Below are positions 18,134 to 28,746 of a DNA stretch of 64,000 nt, piece after piece; the first letter of the stretch is position 1; the number at the start of each line of letters is the position of its first letter. Source of the DNA: Deinococcales bacterium (GTDB lineage Bacteria; Deinococcota; Deinococci; Deinococcales; JAAFIG01). Below the pieces are notes generated by a model, which was given only the letters and a program-made list of their open reading frames with translations, was not told the origin of the DNA and made no database searches. Where the stretch lies: the NCBI GenBank assembly GCA_031414595.1, contig JANNVX010000088.1, forward strand, positions 64,001 to 128,000, given 5' to 3'. Both the position numbers and the translations under genes were made by a program.

Positions 18134-18808
18134 ATGAAAACCTTGGAAAATCGCAATCAACAACTTGGCTGGGTACTGCTTGGCATTGCTGGCTTGGTAC
18201 TGCTCAGCACGATCAACGGGGCAGTCGAAGGATTCTTTTGGGTGGGTGCGGTTGCCCTCGGATTCATTTATGCTTACCGCCAAACGGGTCAGCATGGATT
18301 GGTTGTACCGGCGGGCATTCTAGCTGGCGTTTCGACTGGCATTCTGCTCGAGGGCATCACTCCATTTGATGGAATTTTTCTGGTCGGACTGGCTTCTGGT
18401 TTTTGGGCAGTGCGTTTACTCGAGCCGCACCGTCACGCTTGGGCGCAATACCCGGCTTGGGTTTTAACGGCTATCGCTGGAATGGTTTTTGTTTCCGAAA
18501 ATGCTTGGCTGGTTGCCCTTTCGTTGGTTGCGATTGGGGTCTACTTACTGGGTAAGAAACCAAATGTAATTGTTAATACCACTATACAAGCCCCCAGTGT
18601 TTCACAGCCCAGCAAGTTTGAGCGCTTAACCCAATGGCGAGCCGAAACTGCCGCAAAAGCCAAGCTCCCAGAATCCGAGATTCTGCGTGGTGAACAACTC
18701 GAGCGTTTAGCTAAAATGACCCCAGAAAATGTGGATGCAATGTTTGGAGTCTTGGATGCCGCCCAAATCGAACGCTATGGAAAAACCTTGCTGGCTGTTT
18801 TAAGCTAA
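18134..18808 (+). CDS. Multi-pass membrane protein with C-terminal HRDC domain
   Basis: About 6 TM helices then LTQWRAETAAKAKLPESEIL...ERYGKTLLAVL; GGAGG RBS. Confidence 0.7.
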   Translation: MKTLENRNQQLGWVLLGIAGLVLLSTINGAVEGFFWVGAVALGFIYAYRQTGQHGLVVPAGILAGVSTGILLEGITPFDGIFLVGLASGFWAVRLLEPHRHAWAQYPAWVLTAIAGMVFVSENAWLVALSLVAIGVYLLGKKPNVIVNTTIQAPSVSQPSKFERLTQWRAETAAKAKLPESEILRGEQLERLAKMTPENVDAMFGVLDAAQIERYGKTLLAVLS

Positions 18809-18919
18809 GGATTTGAAAAAAAAGAGGTGAGGGTAGAAATTCCTTTTCCTCTTTTTCCATTCCTTGCGATTCACAGATGTTATTCAACTGGAACTTCAAG
18901 CGCCTTGCTCTCGTAAGCT

Positions 18920-19669
18920 GTGGATGTGACCACATTGGCTTTACAATTACAGGGATTAACCAAACGCTTCGGCAACAAAAATGCCGTCCATAACCTATCG
19001 CTCGAGGTACAAAACGGCGAGTTATTTGCTTTTCTGGGGGCAAACGGCGCAGGAAAAACCACAACCCTGCGAATGATCGCGGGTTTACTCGAGCCAGACG
19101 GCGGCGACGCACTGGTGCTGGGGCAAAGTATTCGCCATGCACCCCAAGCCGCCAAAACTGGGTTGGCGTACCTGCCCGACGACCCGCTTTTATACGGCAA
19201 ATTACGACCAATGGAACACCTAGAATTTGTGGCTGGGCTTTGGAATATGCCACCACTCGAAGCCCAACAACGGGCTGAGGATTGGTTGCAAAAACTGGGT
19301 TTATGGGAAAATCGCGGCGAGTTAATCGAAGGCTTCTCGAGGGGCATGAAACAAAAAATGGCATTGGCGGCAGCCCTAATTCACCAACCAAAACTGATGA
19401 TTTTAGATGAACCCTTGACAGGCTTAGATGCCAGTGCTGCTAGACAAGTCAAGGATTTACTGCAAAATTATGTGCAGCAAGGCAACACCGTGATTTTAAC
19501 GACCCATATTCTTGAGGTCGCAGAACGTTTAGCCACACGGATTGGGATTATCAGTGCTGGACAATTGCGGGCGCTTGGGACACTCGAGGAGTTACGGGCT
19601 TTAAGCGGTGAGCAGGGCAGTTTAGAAGATGTCTTCCTCGAGTTGACCCGCGAGGTGGGTGAAAAATGA
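18920..19669 (+). CDS. ABC transporter ATP-binding protein
   Basis: GANGAGKTT, FSRGMKQK, LDEP. Confidence 0.93.
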   Translation: MDVTTLALQLQGLTKRFGNKNAVHNLSLEVQNGELFAFLGANGAGKTTTLRMIAGLLEPDGGDALVLGQSIRHAPQAAKTGLAYLPDDPLLYGKLRPMEHLEFVAGLWNMPPLEAQQRAEDWLQKLGLWENRGELIEGFSRGMKQKMALAAALIHQPKLMILDEPLTGLDASAARQVKDLLQNYVQQGNTVILTTHILEVAERLATRIGIISAGQLRALGTLEELRALSGEQGSLEDVFLELTREVGEK

Positions 19670-21201
19670 GGCTGTACGCTCAGATGCTGTTGTTGTTGCG
19701 TCACGAATGGCGTTTAGTGCTTCGCAGTTCACCCAATACCCGTTGGCTGTGGTGGCTTGGTTTGGTTATTTTGGCGGTCACGGTGGTCGGCGGATTTATA
19801 TTTAGACAAGCGACTTTGAATCTGCCTACCATTCCAGATGTGTTACCAACCGGTGTTCTTATTTTTTTTAGTTTAGGTTTAATCTTTATTTTTAGCATCA
19901 TGGTTTCAACCGCGATTCATTCTGCGGTGCAAATGCTGTTTGAACGCACCGATATGGATTTACTGCTCTCGAGTCCTTTGGATACCCGTTTGGTACTGGC
20001 TTCGAGGGGTATTTGGTTAGCCATCACTTGTTTTTTTACCGTTGCCATTTTTATGATTCCACTCACTTTAGCCGCAATGATTTTTGTGGATTTGCGGCTC
20101 TTCGGAGCGATTCCAGCCCTGATTGCTTTGGCATTTTTGGCAGCAGGACTTGGTTTAATCACTACCCTTGGTTTGGTGCGTTTAATTGGGGCAAAACGCA
20201 CTCGGACAGTGGCACAAGTTATTGGGGCGCTGTTTGGTGCTTCTATTTATCTGTTGACCCAGTTCTCGAGATTTATTAACTTGGAGAATTTTCCTTGGCT
20301 GAGCAGTATTTTTATGCAGGTCAGCCGACTCGAGGGCAGCAATCCGCTTTTTATTCCCGCCCGAGCCATCTGGTTAAACCCGTTAAGCACGGTTATTTTA
20401 TTGGCTTTTGGGTTAATTTTCTTTTTTGGCAGTGTGCAACTCACACATCGCGCTTTTTTGCGTGGTGCAACCGCCAGTATTTTGGGCGGTAAAATCAAAC
20501 CGCCAAGTAAAATCACGGCTTTTGCCAGTAGCTTAGAACTCAATGTGTTTCGTAAAGAATGGCGTTTGGTACTGCGTGACCCAATGCTGATTTCGCAAAC
20601 CCTGCTGCAATTTATTTACCTGATTCCAATGTTTCTGGCGTTTTTTGGTGGCTCGAGCCGTTCTAGTCCTTCGGGTTTTAACTTACAAGCCATTGGTACA
20701 TATCCTTTATTGGTGGTTGCAGCAATTCTGGCGGGTGGTTCACTCGCCCAAAGCATCACCCAGATTATGGTGGCTGCCGAAGATGCCGCCGAACTGATTC
20801 GCATGTCACCGAACGCAGGAAACCGCATTCGTAACGCTAAGTTATTGGCAGCACTACTGCCAATTTGGGGATTATTTATTCCGCTTATTATCTGGCGTGG
20901 TCTGCTCGATCCAAAGCACTTTTTTATTCTGCTTGGTTTTGCTGCCGTGACCATTTTTGGTGGCTTGATGATTCTTTGGACAGCCAAACCGTTTGTGCGT
21001 TCCGATTTTAAGCAACATGCTCGGAAGCAACACTGGCTGGTTGGGCTTGCCTTATTCTTTTTGAGTGTCGCGTGGAGCGCCGCTTTGTTACTGCCCTTAT
21101 GGTTGCCATTTTGGTGGAGCATACCCGCCGTTATTTTTGGGCTTGGTATCCCCGCCATGACCTACTGGTTGACCAAAGGTAACTCGAGCTTGGGTTATTA
21201 A
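19666..21201 (+). CDS. ABC-2-type exporter permease
   Basis: Two hydrophobic halves each starting (H/K)EWRLVLR; coupled to the ATPase. Confidence 0.8.
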   Translation: MRLYAQMLLLLRHEWRLVLRSSPNTRWLWWLGLVILAVTVVGGFIFRQATLNLPTIPDVLPTGVLIFFSLGLIFIFSIMVSTAIHSAVQMLFERTDMDLLLSSPLDTRLVLASRGIWLAITCFFTVAIFMIPLTLAAMIFVDLRLFGAIPALIALAFLAAGLGLITTLGLVRLIGAKRTRTVAQVIGALFGASIYLLTQFSRFINLENFPWLSSIFMQVSRLEGSNPLFIPARAIWLNPLSTVILLAFGLIFFFGSVQLTHRAFLRGATASILGGKIKPPSKITAFASSLELNVFRKEWRLVLRDPMLISQTLLQFIYLIPMFLAFFGGSSRSSPSGFNLQAIGTYPLLVVAAILAGGSLAQSITQIMVAAEDAAELIRMSPNAGNRIRNAKLLAALLPIWGLFIPLIIWRGLLDPKHFFILLGFAAVTIFGGLMILWTAKPFVRSDFKQHARKQHWLVGLALFFLSVAWSAALLLPLWLPFWWSIPAVIFGLGIPAMTYWLTKGNSSLGY

Positions 21202-21214
21202 ACATGCCATGGAT

Positions 21215-22087
21215 TTAGGCAGACCTTAAAAACTTGATGAAGGCTTCAACTACCACCGATTTTAGTTTGGGCTGTACTGCCACGATAATTTTTCTTTCTA
21301 ATTGCTCGGGCAGTAATCGCACTGCCACACCATCTGGCAAAGGCAAGGTTGCCAAACGAGCCAGAATACTGACTCCAAAACCATGCGCCACCATGCTTAA
21401 AATCACGCTGTCATCTTCGACTTGAGCGGCTGGAATTAAGGTTTTTTGATGCCGTGCAAAGTAATCTCGTAGGGTTGGAGCGCCTGCTTCGTTACAGAGC
21501 AAGAACGGTTGCTCGAGAATTTCTTGCCAAGTGGCAGTTTCTTGTTTTGGTGCATTGGTGTTTGAAAACAAAGCCACCCATTCGTCCTTAAAAAATTCAA
21601 AATGTTCCAAGTCAGAAGTCAGTGGGGCAGCCAAAAAACCAAGGTCGGCTCGGGCGGTTCGCACGGCATTTTCTACGCCATTTGCTATACCTTCGCCACT
21701 TTGAATTTCAAATTGAACTTGCGGATATTTGACCCGAAAAGCCTGTATAAAATCGGGCAGCACATGGGTGGCGACACTTCGCAGACAAGCAATCCGAATT
21801 AAACCTTTTAACTGCCCTTGACTGGCAGCCAGTACCTCGAGCATCGCGGCTTCGGCTCTGAGCATGATTCTGGCTTGCAGTGCAATTTGCTCGCCCAGCA
21901 CGGTTGCCCTCGCGCCAAAACGCCCACGCTCGAGTAATCGCGCTCCTAGATTGCGCTCGAGTTCGGACAAGGCATGACTGACCGCACTTTGTGACATCTC
22001 GAGGTCGGCAGCAGCATTGGTTAAGTGACCAAGCTCAACGGCAGCTAAAAATACCCGCAGTTGCGATAAGGTGACTCGAGAATTCAT
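21215..22087 (-). CDS. LysR-family transcriptional regulator
   Basis: TLSQLRVF...SQSAVSHALSELERNLG HTH. Confidence 0.93.
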   Translation of the reverse strand: MNSRVTLSQLRVFLAAVELGHLTNAAADLEMSQSAVSHALSELERNLGARLLERGRFGARATVLGEQIALQARIMLRAEAAMLEVLAASQGQLKGLIRIACLRSVATHVLPDFIQAFRVKYPQVQFEIQSGEGIANGVENAVRTARADLGFLAAPLTSDLEHFEFFKDEWVALFSNTNAPKQETATWQEILEQPFLLCNEAGAPTLRDYFARHQKTLIPAAQVEDDSVILSMVAHGFGVSILARLATLPLPDGVAVRLLPEQLERKIIVAVQPKLKSVVVEAFIKFLRSA

Positions 22088-22120
22088 GATTTATCATAAC
22101 GTTATGCCAAGATTCTTAGC

Positions 22121-22699
22121 ATGAAACAATTTCTGGCAATTCTGCTTTTGGGTTCGGTGGTCTTGGCGCAAACTTCACTTTCGCCTCGAGTCGAAAAAGT
22201 TGTGGCGGCAGCCAATGCCCAAATTGGTGTGACCCTAAGTTATGACCCCGCTTATACTGCCCTCAAATACCCAATGGGAGATGTTCCGCTCGAGCGCGGC
22301 GTTTGCACCGATGTAATTATCAGAGCATTTCGAGCCGTCGGTACAGATTTACAGCCATTGGTGCATCGGGATATGTTACGCGCTTGGTCTGCCTACCCGA
22401 AACTCTGGGGTTTAACCCGCCCAGACCGCAATATAGACCACCGCCGCGTGCCAAATCTCGAGGTTTTTATGCAGCGCCAAGGCAAACAAATAAAGTTATC
22501 CAACAACGGCTTAGAGTACAAGGCTGGCGATGTCGTGACGTGGACACTCCCCAGTGGGCGTTTACACATTGGGCTGGTCAGTAAGCAACTCGATGCCACT
22601 AAACAAAGACCACTGATTGTGCATAACATTGGTTTTGGGGCGCAACTCGAGGATATACTTTTTGCTTGGAAATTACGAATGCGGTTTCGTTATTTCTAA
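22121..22699 (+). CDS. DUF1287 (YijF-like) secreted protein
   Basis: YDPAY..LKYPMGDVP..GVCTDV, NIDHRRVPNL, HIG, HNIG. Confidence 0.9.
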   Translation: MKQFLAILLLGSVVLAQTSLSPRVEKVVAAANAQIGVTLSYDPAYTALKYPMGDVPLERGVCTDVIIRAFRAVGTDLQPLVHRDMLRAWSAYPKLWGLTRPDRNIDHRRVPNLEVFMQRQGKQIKLSNNGLEYKAGDVVTWTLPSGRLHIGLVSKQLDATKQRPLIVHNIGFGAQLEDILFAWKLRMRFRYF

Positions 22700-22791
22700 C
22701 GAACAATTCCGCCGCGTCTCGAGGAAAATAGTTTTATACCGACTACTGTAATTGGGCAGCCTGATTTGATTGCCACACGGGTGTGTGAGGC

Positions 22792-23526
22792 TTAGTAATA
22801 GCCTCTAGCCAGAAACTCGAGGATGGTGGTGCTGGTCACATCCACAGGTCGTCCAACCAAAGTGTAAATGTCTGAGAATGAACCGCGATACTGTAAGGCA
22901 GAATTTTCCCAGTTCTGCACATAATTATTTTTTAATTCTAGCGGTAAGTTCTTGATTGTTTCGGCATCTACATTTTTAGTAGCACCCAAGGATTTTTGTT
23001 TGACTTCCGCCTCGAGACTGCCGAGGGCTTTGGCATGACGCGCTTTGAGGCTGTTCGAGGTGATTGCCCCAGATTTAGACAACGCCAAGCCAATAATTTG
23101 TCCAAGGTGACGCTCTAAGTAGGGTTCAAAAAAATCTTGTTTTTCTTGTATTACACTGCCCGCCTGATTGGTACTACTCGAGTAACCACCATTGATTAAG
23201 GAAAAAGTAAATTGGGCATCAAAAAAAGTTGTTTCAAATATCCTTAAACTGGTCATTCGCGCCCTAAGTTGAGGGTTGTTTTTTAGCTTGGTGTCGTTAG
23301 CAGTTTGCTGACATTTTGTCCAAATGGCGATAATTTCGGATTCTGGTCGAATATCACTGCGGTAAATGTTTCTTTGGATATACAGCAACACAAATGCCTT
23401 TGGCTCGAGTTTGAGGATGTCCGAACATTTGGGCAGCCAGCCCTGAGCAAAAATTTGCGCCGAAAAAAACAAACTGGTCATTAACAACAATCCAAGCCAT
23501 TTTTTGGCAGTCATCAATTTTTTCAT
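22792..23526 (-). CDS. Hypothetical secreted protein
   Basis: Signal peptide; 244-aa ORF. Confidence 0.65.
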   Translation of the reverse strand: MKKLMTAKKWLGLLLMTSLFFSAQIFAQGWLPKCSDILKLEPKAFVLLYIQRNIYRSDIRPESEIIAIWTKCQQTANDTKLKNNPQLRARMTSLRIFETTFFDAQFTFSLINGGYSSSTNQAGSVIQEKQDFFEPYLERHLGQIIGLALSKSGAITSNSLKARHAKALGSLEAEVKQKSLGATKNVDAETIKNLPLELKNNYVQNWENSALQYRGSFSDIYTLVGRPVDVTSTTILEFLARGYY

Positions 23527-23659
23527 AGCTCATCATACACAAGAAAATCAGAATAACTCGAGAAGAACACTAAAAATAAAGTGATAAGCTGCTGCTGGAA
23601 CGTTTCAAAGGCTGTACTCGTATTAGATTCTTGGAGCGCTCCAAACGCAAGGGGGAAAC

Positions 23660-24292
23660 ATGGCTTGGCTCGAGTGGCAAAATTTCTTGTTCTTAGCGCC
23701 GTTATTGGCAGGGGTTGTTTTGGCTATTTTGGTGATTGCAACTGGCAGTATTGGGCATTCGGCGGATGGGCATTCGGACTTTGCCGATGGTCATAGTGAT
23801 ACACACGGACATGACACTGGTGAGGCTGATGATGCAACAGGTTTTGATATTCTGGGTTGGTTTGGTATTGGCAAAGGTGTCAGCTTAAGCCTAATGCTTC
23901 CGGTCTTGTTGTGTTCTTTTGGTTTTGTGGGACTGGTTTTTGATGTCTTGCTCGAGCCAATGCTGAGATTACCTGTGATTTATGCGCCCATCGCGGCGCT
24001 AGGAGCGCTTTTTGCCTCGAGTCTTATTGGTAGAGGTTTTGCGAAGGCATTTGTTAAATTTGCTGATGTAAGTCGTAAAACATCCATTCGTGATGGTCAG
24101 GACTTGGTGGGTTGTAGTGGTACAACCGTTTTTGAAGTTGACTCGAGCCAAGGCGCAGCCAATATAAAGGATTCGTTTGGTAATATCCATCGTGTGGTTG
24201 TCCGTTCTACTGGCTTAAGTTTTGGAGCAAATGTGGCAGTTCGGGTTGTGGCGCAAGAAAGTGGAATTTATTTAGTGGAGGAGCAAAAATGA
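23660..24292 (+). CDS. YqiJ/NfeD-like membrane protein (flotillin partner)
   Basis: TM helices, His/Asp-rich loop, C-terminal OB-like region; upstream of flotillin. Confidence 0.8.
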   Translation: MAWLEWQNFLFLAPLLAGVVLAILVIATGSIGHSADGHSDFADGHSDTHGHDTGEADDATGFDILGWFGIGKGVSLSLMLPVLLCSFGFVGLVFDVLLEPMLRLPVIYAPIAALGALFASSLIGRGFAKAFVKFADVSRKTSIRDGQDLVGCSGTTVFEVDSSQGAANIKDSFGNIHRVVVRSTGLSFGANVAVRVVAQESGIYLVEEQK

Positions 24293-26097
24293 TTAGTTTT
24301 GTATTTGCAATTATTGGTGCAGCTTTGGTCGGTTTTGGAGTGATGGGTGCTTCAATCATTACAAAATTTGACCCTAGCACAGGTCTGATTTCTATTGGTC
24401 TAGGTCTGGTTTTCTTATTTCTGGGCTTAATCACTTGGTTGTTTTCTAAGTTCTACATTAAACCCAGTGCTAATCTTGCGTATGTCATGACAGGCTGGGG
24501 CGGACGTAAAGTGCTGATTGATAAGGGTGGTTTTTTTATTCCAGTCTTGCAAAAAATTGTGGCAGTCAATCTCGAGACGCTTAAACTCGAGGTTGAACGA
24601 AAAGGCACAGACGCACTGATTACCAAGGATAACTTGCGGGTGGATGTCAAAGCCGAGTTCTACATTAAGGTGCATCCAGAAGAAGATGCAGTCATGAACG
24701 CCAGCCGTAGTTTGGGTGAAAAAAGTGTCACTGCTCAAGAAGTAGCCCATTTGGTTTTTGAAAAACTGGTTTCGGCGCTTCGTTCGGTGGCTGCCACTAA
24801 AGACCTTGTGGAGATTCACTCACAGCGCAATGCTTTTGCTGGTGGCGTGCAGGATTTGGTTCGGGCTGACCTCGAGCCAAACGGTTTGAGTTTAGAAAGC
24901 GTGACAATTTCTAAACTCGACCAGACCAATCAGGATTTATTGTCTGACACCAATATTTTTGATGCCCAAGGCAAGCGTAAAATCACCGAAATCACCCAAG
25001 CAGCCTTGGTCGAACGCAACCGCATCGAACAAGATTCGCGCCAGCAATTAACCAAGAAAAACGTCGAAATTTCGATGGAAGTGCTGGCTTTAGAACGTTC
25101 TAAAGCCGAAGCCGAAGCTGGACAACGCACCGAAGTCGCAAAAGTTCAAGCCGAAAAAGCCCGTGAAGCAGAAACGTATCGGCTCGAGCAAGACAGGCAA
25201 ATCCAAGAAGCTGAGATTTCTCAACAGCAATCGGTGCAGACAGCCGCGATTGAGCGTGACCGCTTGGTGATTCTCAAAGAACAAGAACGTCAAAAAACCG
25301 ATATTGAACGTGAACAAGTGATTGAAGTGGCACAACGCGAACGTGAAATTGCAGTCATTGATGCTGAACGTCGCCGTGCCGATGCCGATAAACTATCCTT
25401 AGAAGCCCAAGCTGAACGTGAAAAAGCCAGTCAGAGTATTGTCACAGTGTCGCAACTGGCTCAAGCCGAACGCGAAGCCCAAACCAAGTTGATTGCCGCC
25501 AAGCAATCCATCGAACAAGATCGTTTTCAACAACAAACCAATGCCGAGGTACTGGCATTCTCGGAAGTCAAAAAAGCCGAAGCTCAAAAGCAAAGCGCCG
25601 AACTCGATGCCACTGCCACCTTGCGCCGTGCCGAAGCCGACAGCCAAGCCAAAGAACAATTGGCTCGTGGTGACACCGCCATTAAGCGGGTGGATGTGGA
25701 TATTGCCCGAGAAACCGTAGAGGTTGAACGCGCCAGAGTCGAAGTCGAACGCCAAGCACTCGAGAACAAGCAAACCTTTAGTGCCGCCGCGCTCGAGTTT
25801 GAATTGCAGAAATTAAAGGTCGAAGCGGCTCGAGATGTGCAAAAACAAATGGCAACCGCGCTTGGGCAAATGCTGTCTAAGGGCAACATGAACATTTACG
25901 GCGACCCAGAAACGCTTGCCAAAATGAACCAGCAGTTTATGAATGGTATGGGCATTGGCAGCACCATAGATGGGACACTCAACAGCCTTGGCTTAGACAG
26001 CAAAGATGTCCTGCCACAATTGGCGGCGTTGCTGGCTCAACTTGGCGTTGCCATGACCAAACCAGTCGAGAAAACAGCCGATAAAGACGAGGTTTAA
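24289..26097 (+). CDS. Flotillin/SPFH-domain protein (YqiK-like)
   Basis: ALITKDNLRVDVKAEFYIKV SPFH motif; long EA-rich coiled coil. Confidence 0.92.
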   Translation: MISFVFAIIGAALVGFGVMGASIITKFDPSTGLISIGLGLVFLFLGLITWLFSKFYIKPSANLAYVMTGWGGRKVLIDKGGFFIPVLQKIVAVNLETLKLEVERKGTDALITKDNLRVDVKAEFYIKVHPEEDAVMNASRSLGEKSVTAQEVAHLVFEKLVSALRSVAATKDLVEIHSQRNAFAGGVQDLVRADLEPNGLSLESVTISKLDQTNQDLLSDTNIFDAQGKRKITEITQAALVERNRIEQDSRQQLTKKNVEISMEVLALERSKAEAEAGQRTEVAKVQAEKAREAETYRLEQDRQIQEAEISQQQSVQTAAIERDRLVILKEQERQKTDIEREQVIEVAQREREIAVIDAERRRADADKLSLEAQAEREKASQSIVTVSQLAQAEREAQTKLIAAKQSIEQDRFQQQTNAEVLAFSEVKKAEAQKQSAELDATATLRRAEADSQAKEQLARGDTAIKRVDVDIARETVEVERARVEVERQALENKQTFSAAALEFELQKLKVEAARDVQKQMATALGQMLSKGNMNIYGDPETLAKMNQQFMNGMGIGSTIDGTLNSLGLDSKDVLPQLAALLAQLGVAMTKPVEKTADKDEV

Positions 26098-26110
26098 GCC
26101 TCATAAAGCT

Positions 26111-26135
26111 AAATAGGGGCGCTATGCCCCTATTT
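26111..26135 (+). terminator. Hairpin terminator after flotillin
   Basis: AAATAGGGGC-gctat-GCCCCTATTT. Confidence 0.75.
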
Positions 26136-26202
26136 GGCTTTTATAATACTTCTTGGCTTTCCCCTCACCAGACTCTCGAGAAGACCTGCTGTAATACAAC
26201 CT

Positions 26203-26841
26203 ATGAAACGATTCTTTTTGTTGTTTGTCTCGAGTCTTGGTTTTGCCCTTGCCGCCCAAGCTGGTTTCGTGGCTCAGCCTTATGGCGACCAAATTGTGGC
26301 AGACGATGGCAGTGTGACCTTACCACAGGGCGGCTTAATCAAGGACAATAAACACGGTATTTCAATAGATGCCAAATACATCGAGTACAAAGACAATGTG
26401 TATTTACGCGCCAGAACCGCTAAACTCAAGAATGCCTCAGGGCAGACCTTATTTAGTCCAAATATCGATTATGTGATTGCGGCTGACCGCATGGATATTG
26501 CTGGGGCTTTGACCTATTCCGATGAGAACGTGACTGGCTTAAATGCGGCTCGAGCCGTGGCGTACCCAGATGCCAAACGGATTGTGGCTTGGAATATCTC
26601 GGCGGGTAATCCGAGTATTAAAGCCGATGCTGCCGTCTTTGATGACAGTAACAATCAGGTTTTTTTGTATGGCAATTATTTCTATAAATCAACCGATGGT
26701 AAAACCAGTAAGCAACGCAGTGGGGCAACCGCCATGCTCCTTGTTAATTTTAGCAACCAGAATCGGATCACCTACCAAGAAGGTACTCAGATTCCAGTTA
26801 CCATTGCCAAGTTCTACACAGATTTAATTGCTAAAAAATAA
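26203..26841 (+). CDS. Secreted beta-rich protein, possibly LptA/OstA-like
   Basis: Signal peptide; 'IDAKYIEY', 'IKADAAVFD...VFLYGN' beta-jellyroll-like repeats. Confidence 0.5.
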   Translation: MKRFFLLFVSSLGFALAAQAGFVAQPYGDQIVADDGSVTLPQGGLIKDNKHGISIDAKYIEYKDNVYLRARTAKLKNASGQTLFSPNIDYVIAADRMDIAGALTYSDENVTGLNAARAVAYPDAKRIVAWNISAGNPSIKADAAVFDDSNNQVFLYGNYFYKSTDGKTSKQRSGATAMLLVNFSNQNRITYQEGTQIPVTIAKFYTDLIAKK

Positions 26842-26895
26842 ATAATTCATCTTTGCTGTGCCATAATGCGCTCGAGTTTTTTTGGAGGTTCGTGA

Positions 26896-28743
26896 ATGCG
26901 AAAATTATGGCTAGTTTTATTGTTACTTTTAACACCTGTTGCTTATGCGGCTAAATGCAGCGAAGAAGATGTCAGCATCACCACCGTTGAAGGCATTGGT
27001 ACGGTCTATTCCTCGAGTGATTCTTCTAATGAACTCGAGGTGCGGTTTATAGATGCCTGTTTTGAACGCAGTGGTTGGACGCTTCGAGCGCCGCTTTTGG
27101 TTGTCCGTGAAGACCCAGCCGGAGCGCTGGTCAGTGCCGACAACGCCAAAATCGAATCTGAAGGGGCAAATGGCACGGTCAAACGCTTAACTGCTCGAGG
27201 TGAAACCACCAACTTAGAGGGTTTAAGGTTGCGGCTCGAGCAGTCCTATAAAATAGATGGCTTTGCCAGTTCTCGCTACGATGTGGTGGCAGAACGTGGG
27301 CAATTGGTCGGTAAACGCCTAACCTTACAAAACGCGGTTTTTAATAAATTATCAGATGCCGATTTAACCACCGAGCGTTACCAAGCTGCCAGTGCAGTTT
27401 TAGAAGACAACCGTGCCACCTTAAATAAATTAATATTTGGCAGTCCTCAATTTGGTTTATCGGCGCAACTTGGCTCGAGTAATGCAAACGGGGTGCAACT
27501 CAGTGGCGTAAATGGCTTGGTTGGACGCAATAGCGCGGGTTCTGAAATTGGCTTTAGTGCTGACAGTGCCTTAAGGCTCGAGAATGGGGTTTACCGTCTC
27601 GAGAATACAACCCTGAATTTGTTTGGTTTGCCGCTTTTTATTGGGCGGATGGATTACGACCCGCGTTGCCCGTTTGAAGTGCCTTTTGTATTTGGCATTG
27701 CTAGGGGTTTAACCTTTGGCTTAGAAAATCTGCTTTTAACTTGTGATGGCAAAACCCGTGGCACTTTTGCGGTTTATGATTTATTTGGCAAAGCCAGCAC
27801 TGCACCCTTTAATAGTGTCACGGCGCTTGGCTTGTCGGTAACGTACACAGATGGTACAAGTTCATACTTTATTGGACAACCTCGAGCCGCTTCTTTTCGC
27901 GCAACTGTACAACACGAGCCTTTAACTGGCTTAACCAGTGCCTTTTCGCTGGATACTGGCGCAAGAATCGAATCGCCATTGGTCAGTCTTCGCAGTGCCG
28001 AAGGACGAATTGGCATGGCATATAATTTTAATCTTCAACCTTTCACCATCCGCCCAAAACTCGAGCTTGGTATAGTCGGCGAAAGCCTAGGCTTGGTAAC
28101 TCGAGACTTTCATGGCTTTGTGCGCGGTAATCTAAGCATTAACTTGGCGTATAACCTGGCGGGTTTTACCTTTTCGGGGGCTTGGGCTGGACGTTTGACC
28201 AATTACTTTGGTGACACTTGGAACGGCTTTAATGTTGACTACACCAGCACTTTGGGCATCAGTTATAACTTGCCAAGTCTTGGTAGTGCTGGTTTAACCT
28301 TTACCAACACCGAGCAACCGATCATTCCACCTTTTGCCAGCCATACCTTGACCCCAATCACCACAATGGGGGCAAACCTAAGAATTGCGCCAGTCATTCA
28401 ACCGATTGTTTTGGGTTACGCAGGAATTGCTTTTGAAAATCCAACCTTCAATTTTACTTGGCTGTACAACTTACGTCGTTGGACATGGGTCAATCAAAGG
28501 GTGGATATTGGGTTTACAGTCTCGTTTTATGATGGTTCAACCCCAACCGATCATCTTGGTAATCTGTTCCAAACCCCACTGCTCAGTCTTTCCCCACGTA
28601 TCAACCTTGACTCAATCACCAACAAAGGCGGGGCTGGCGCAAACCTGACTTATTTTGGTCTAAGTTTAGCCTACACCCTAGGGTTTGATGTTGAAATTCC
28701 GACAGGTGCGTTTAAGTTTAATTTTGGTTTGCGTTTGCGGTAA
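26896..28743 (+). CDS. Putative outer-membrane beta-barrel protein, possibly LptD-like
   Basis: Signal peptide; 'LENTTLNLFGLPLF' resembles the LptD N-domain/barrel junction; alternating aromatic strands; C-terminal FKFNFGLRLR. Confidence 0.5.
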   Translation: MRKLWLVLLLLLTPVAYAAKCSEEDVSITTVEGIGTVYSSSDSSNELEVRFIDACFERSGWTLRAPLLVVREDPAGALVSADNAKIESEGANGTVKRLTARGETTNLEGLRLRLEQSYKIDGFASSRYDVVAERGQLVGKRLTLQNAVFNKLSDADLTTERYQAASAVLEDNRATLNKLIFGSPQFGLSAQLGSSNANGVQLSGVNGLVGRNSAGSEIGFSADSALRLENGVYRLENTTLNLFGLPLFIGRMDYDPRCPFEVPFVFGIARGLTFGLENLLLTCDGKTRGTFAVYDLFGKASTAPFNSVTALGLSVTYTDGTSSYFIGQPRAASFRATVQHEPLTGLTSAFSLDTGARIESPLVSLRSAEGRIGMAYNFNLQPFTIRPKLELGIVGESLGLVTRDFHGFVRGNLSINLAYNLAGFTFSGAWAGRLTNYFGDTWNGFNVDYTSTLGISYNLPSLGSAGLTFTNTEQPIIPPFASHTLTPITTMGANLRIAPVIQPIVLGYAGIAFENPTFNFTWLYNLRRWTWVNQRVDIGFTVSFYDGSTPTDHLGNLFQTPLLSLSPRINLDSITNKGGAGANLTYFGLSLAYTLGFDVEIPTGAFKFNFGLRLR

Positions 28744-28746
28744 ATC

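Noticed and set aside
18711-19391. 226-aa and 155-aa minus-strand ORFs, and similar shadow ORFs throughout
   Set aside because: They are antisense to well-supported genes and have no recognisable motifs.
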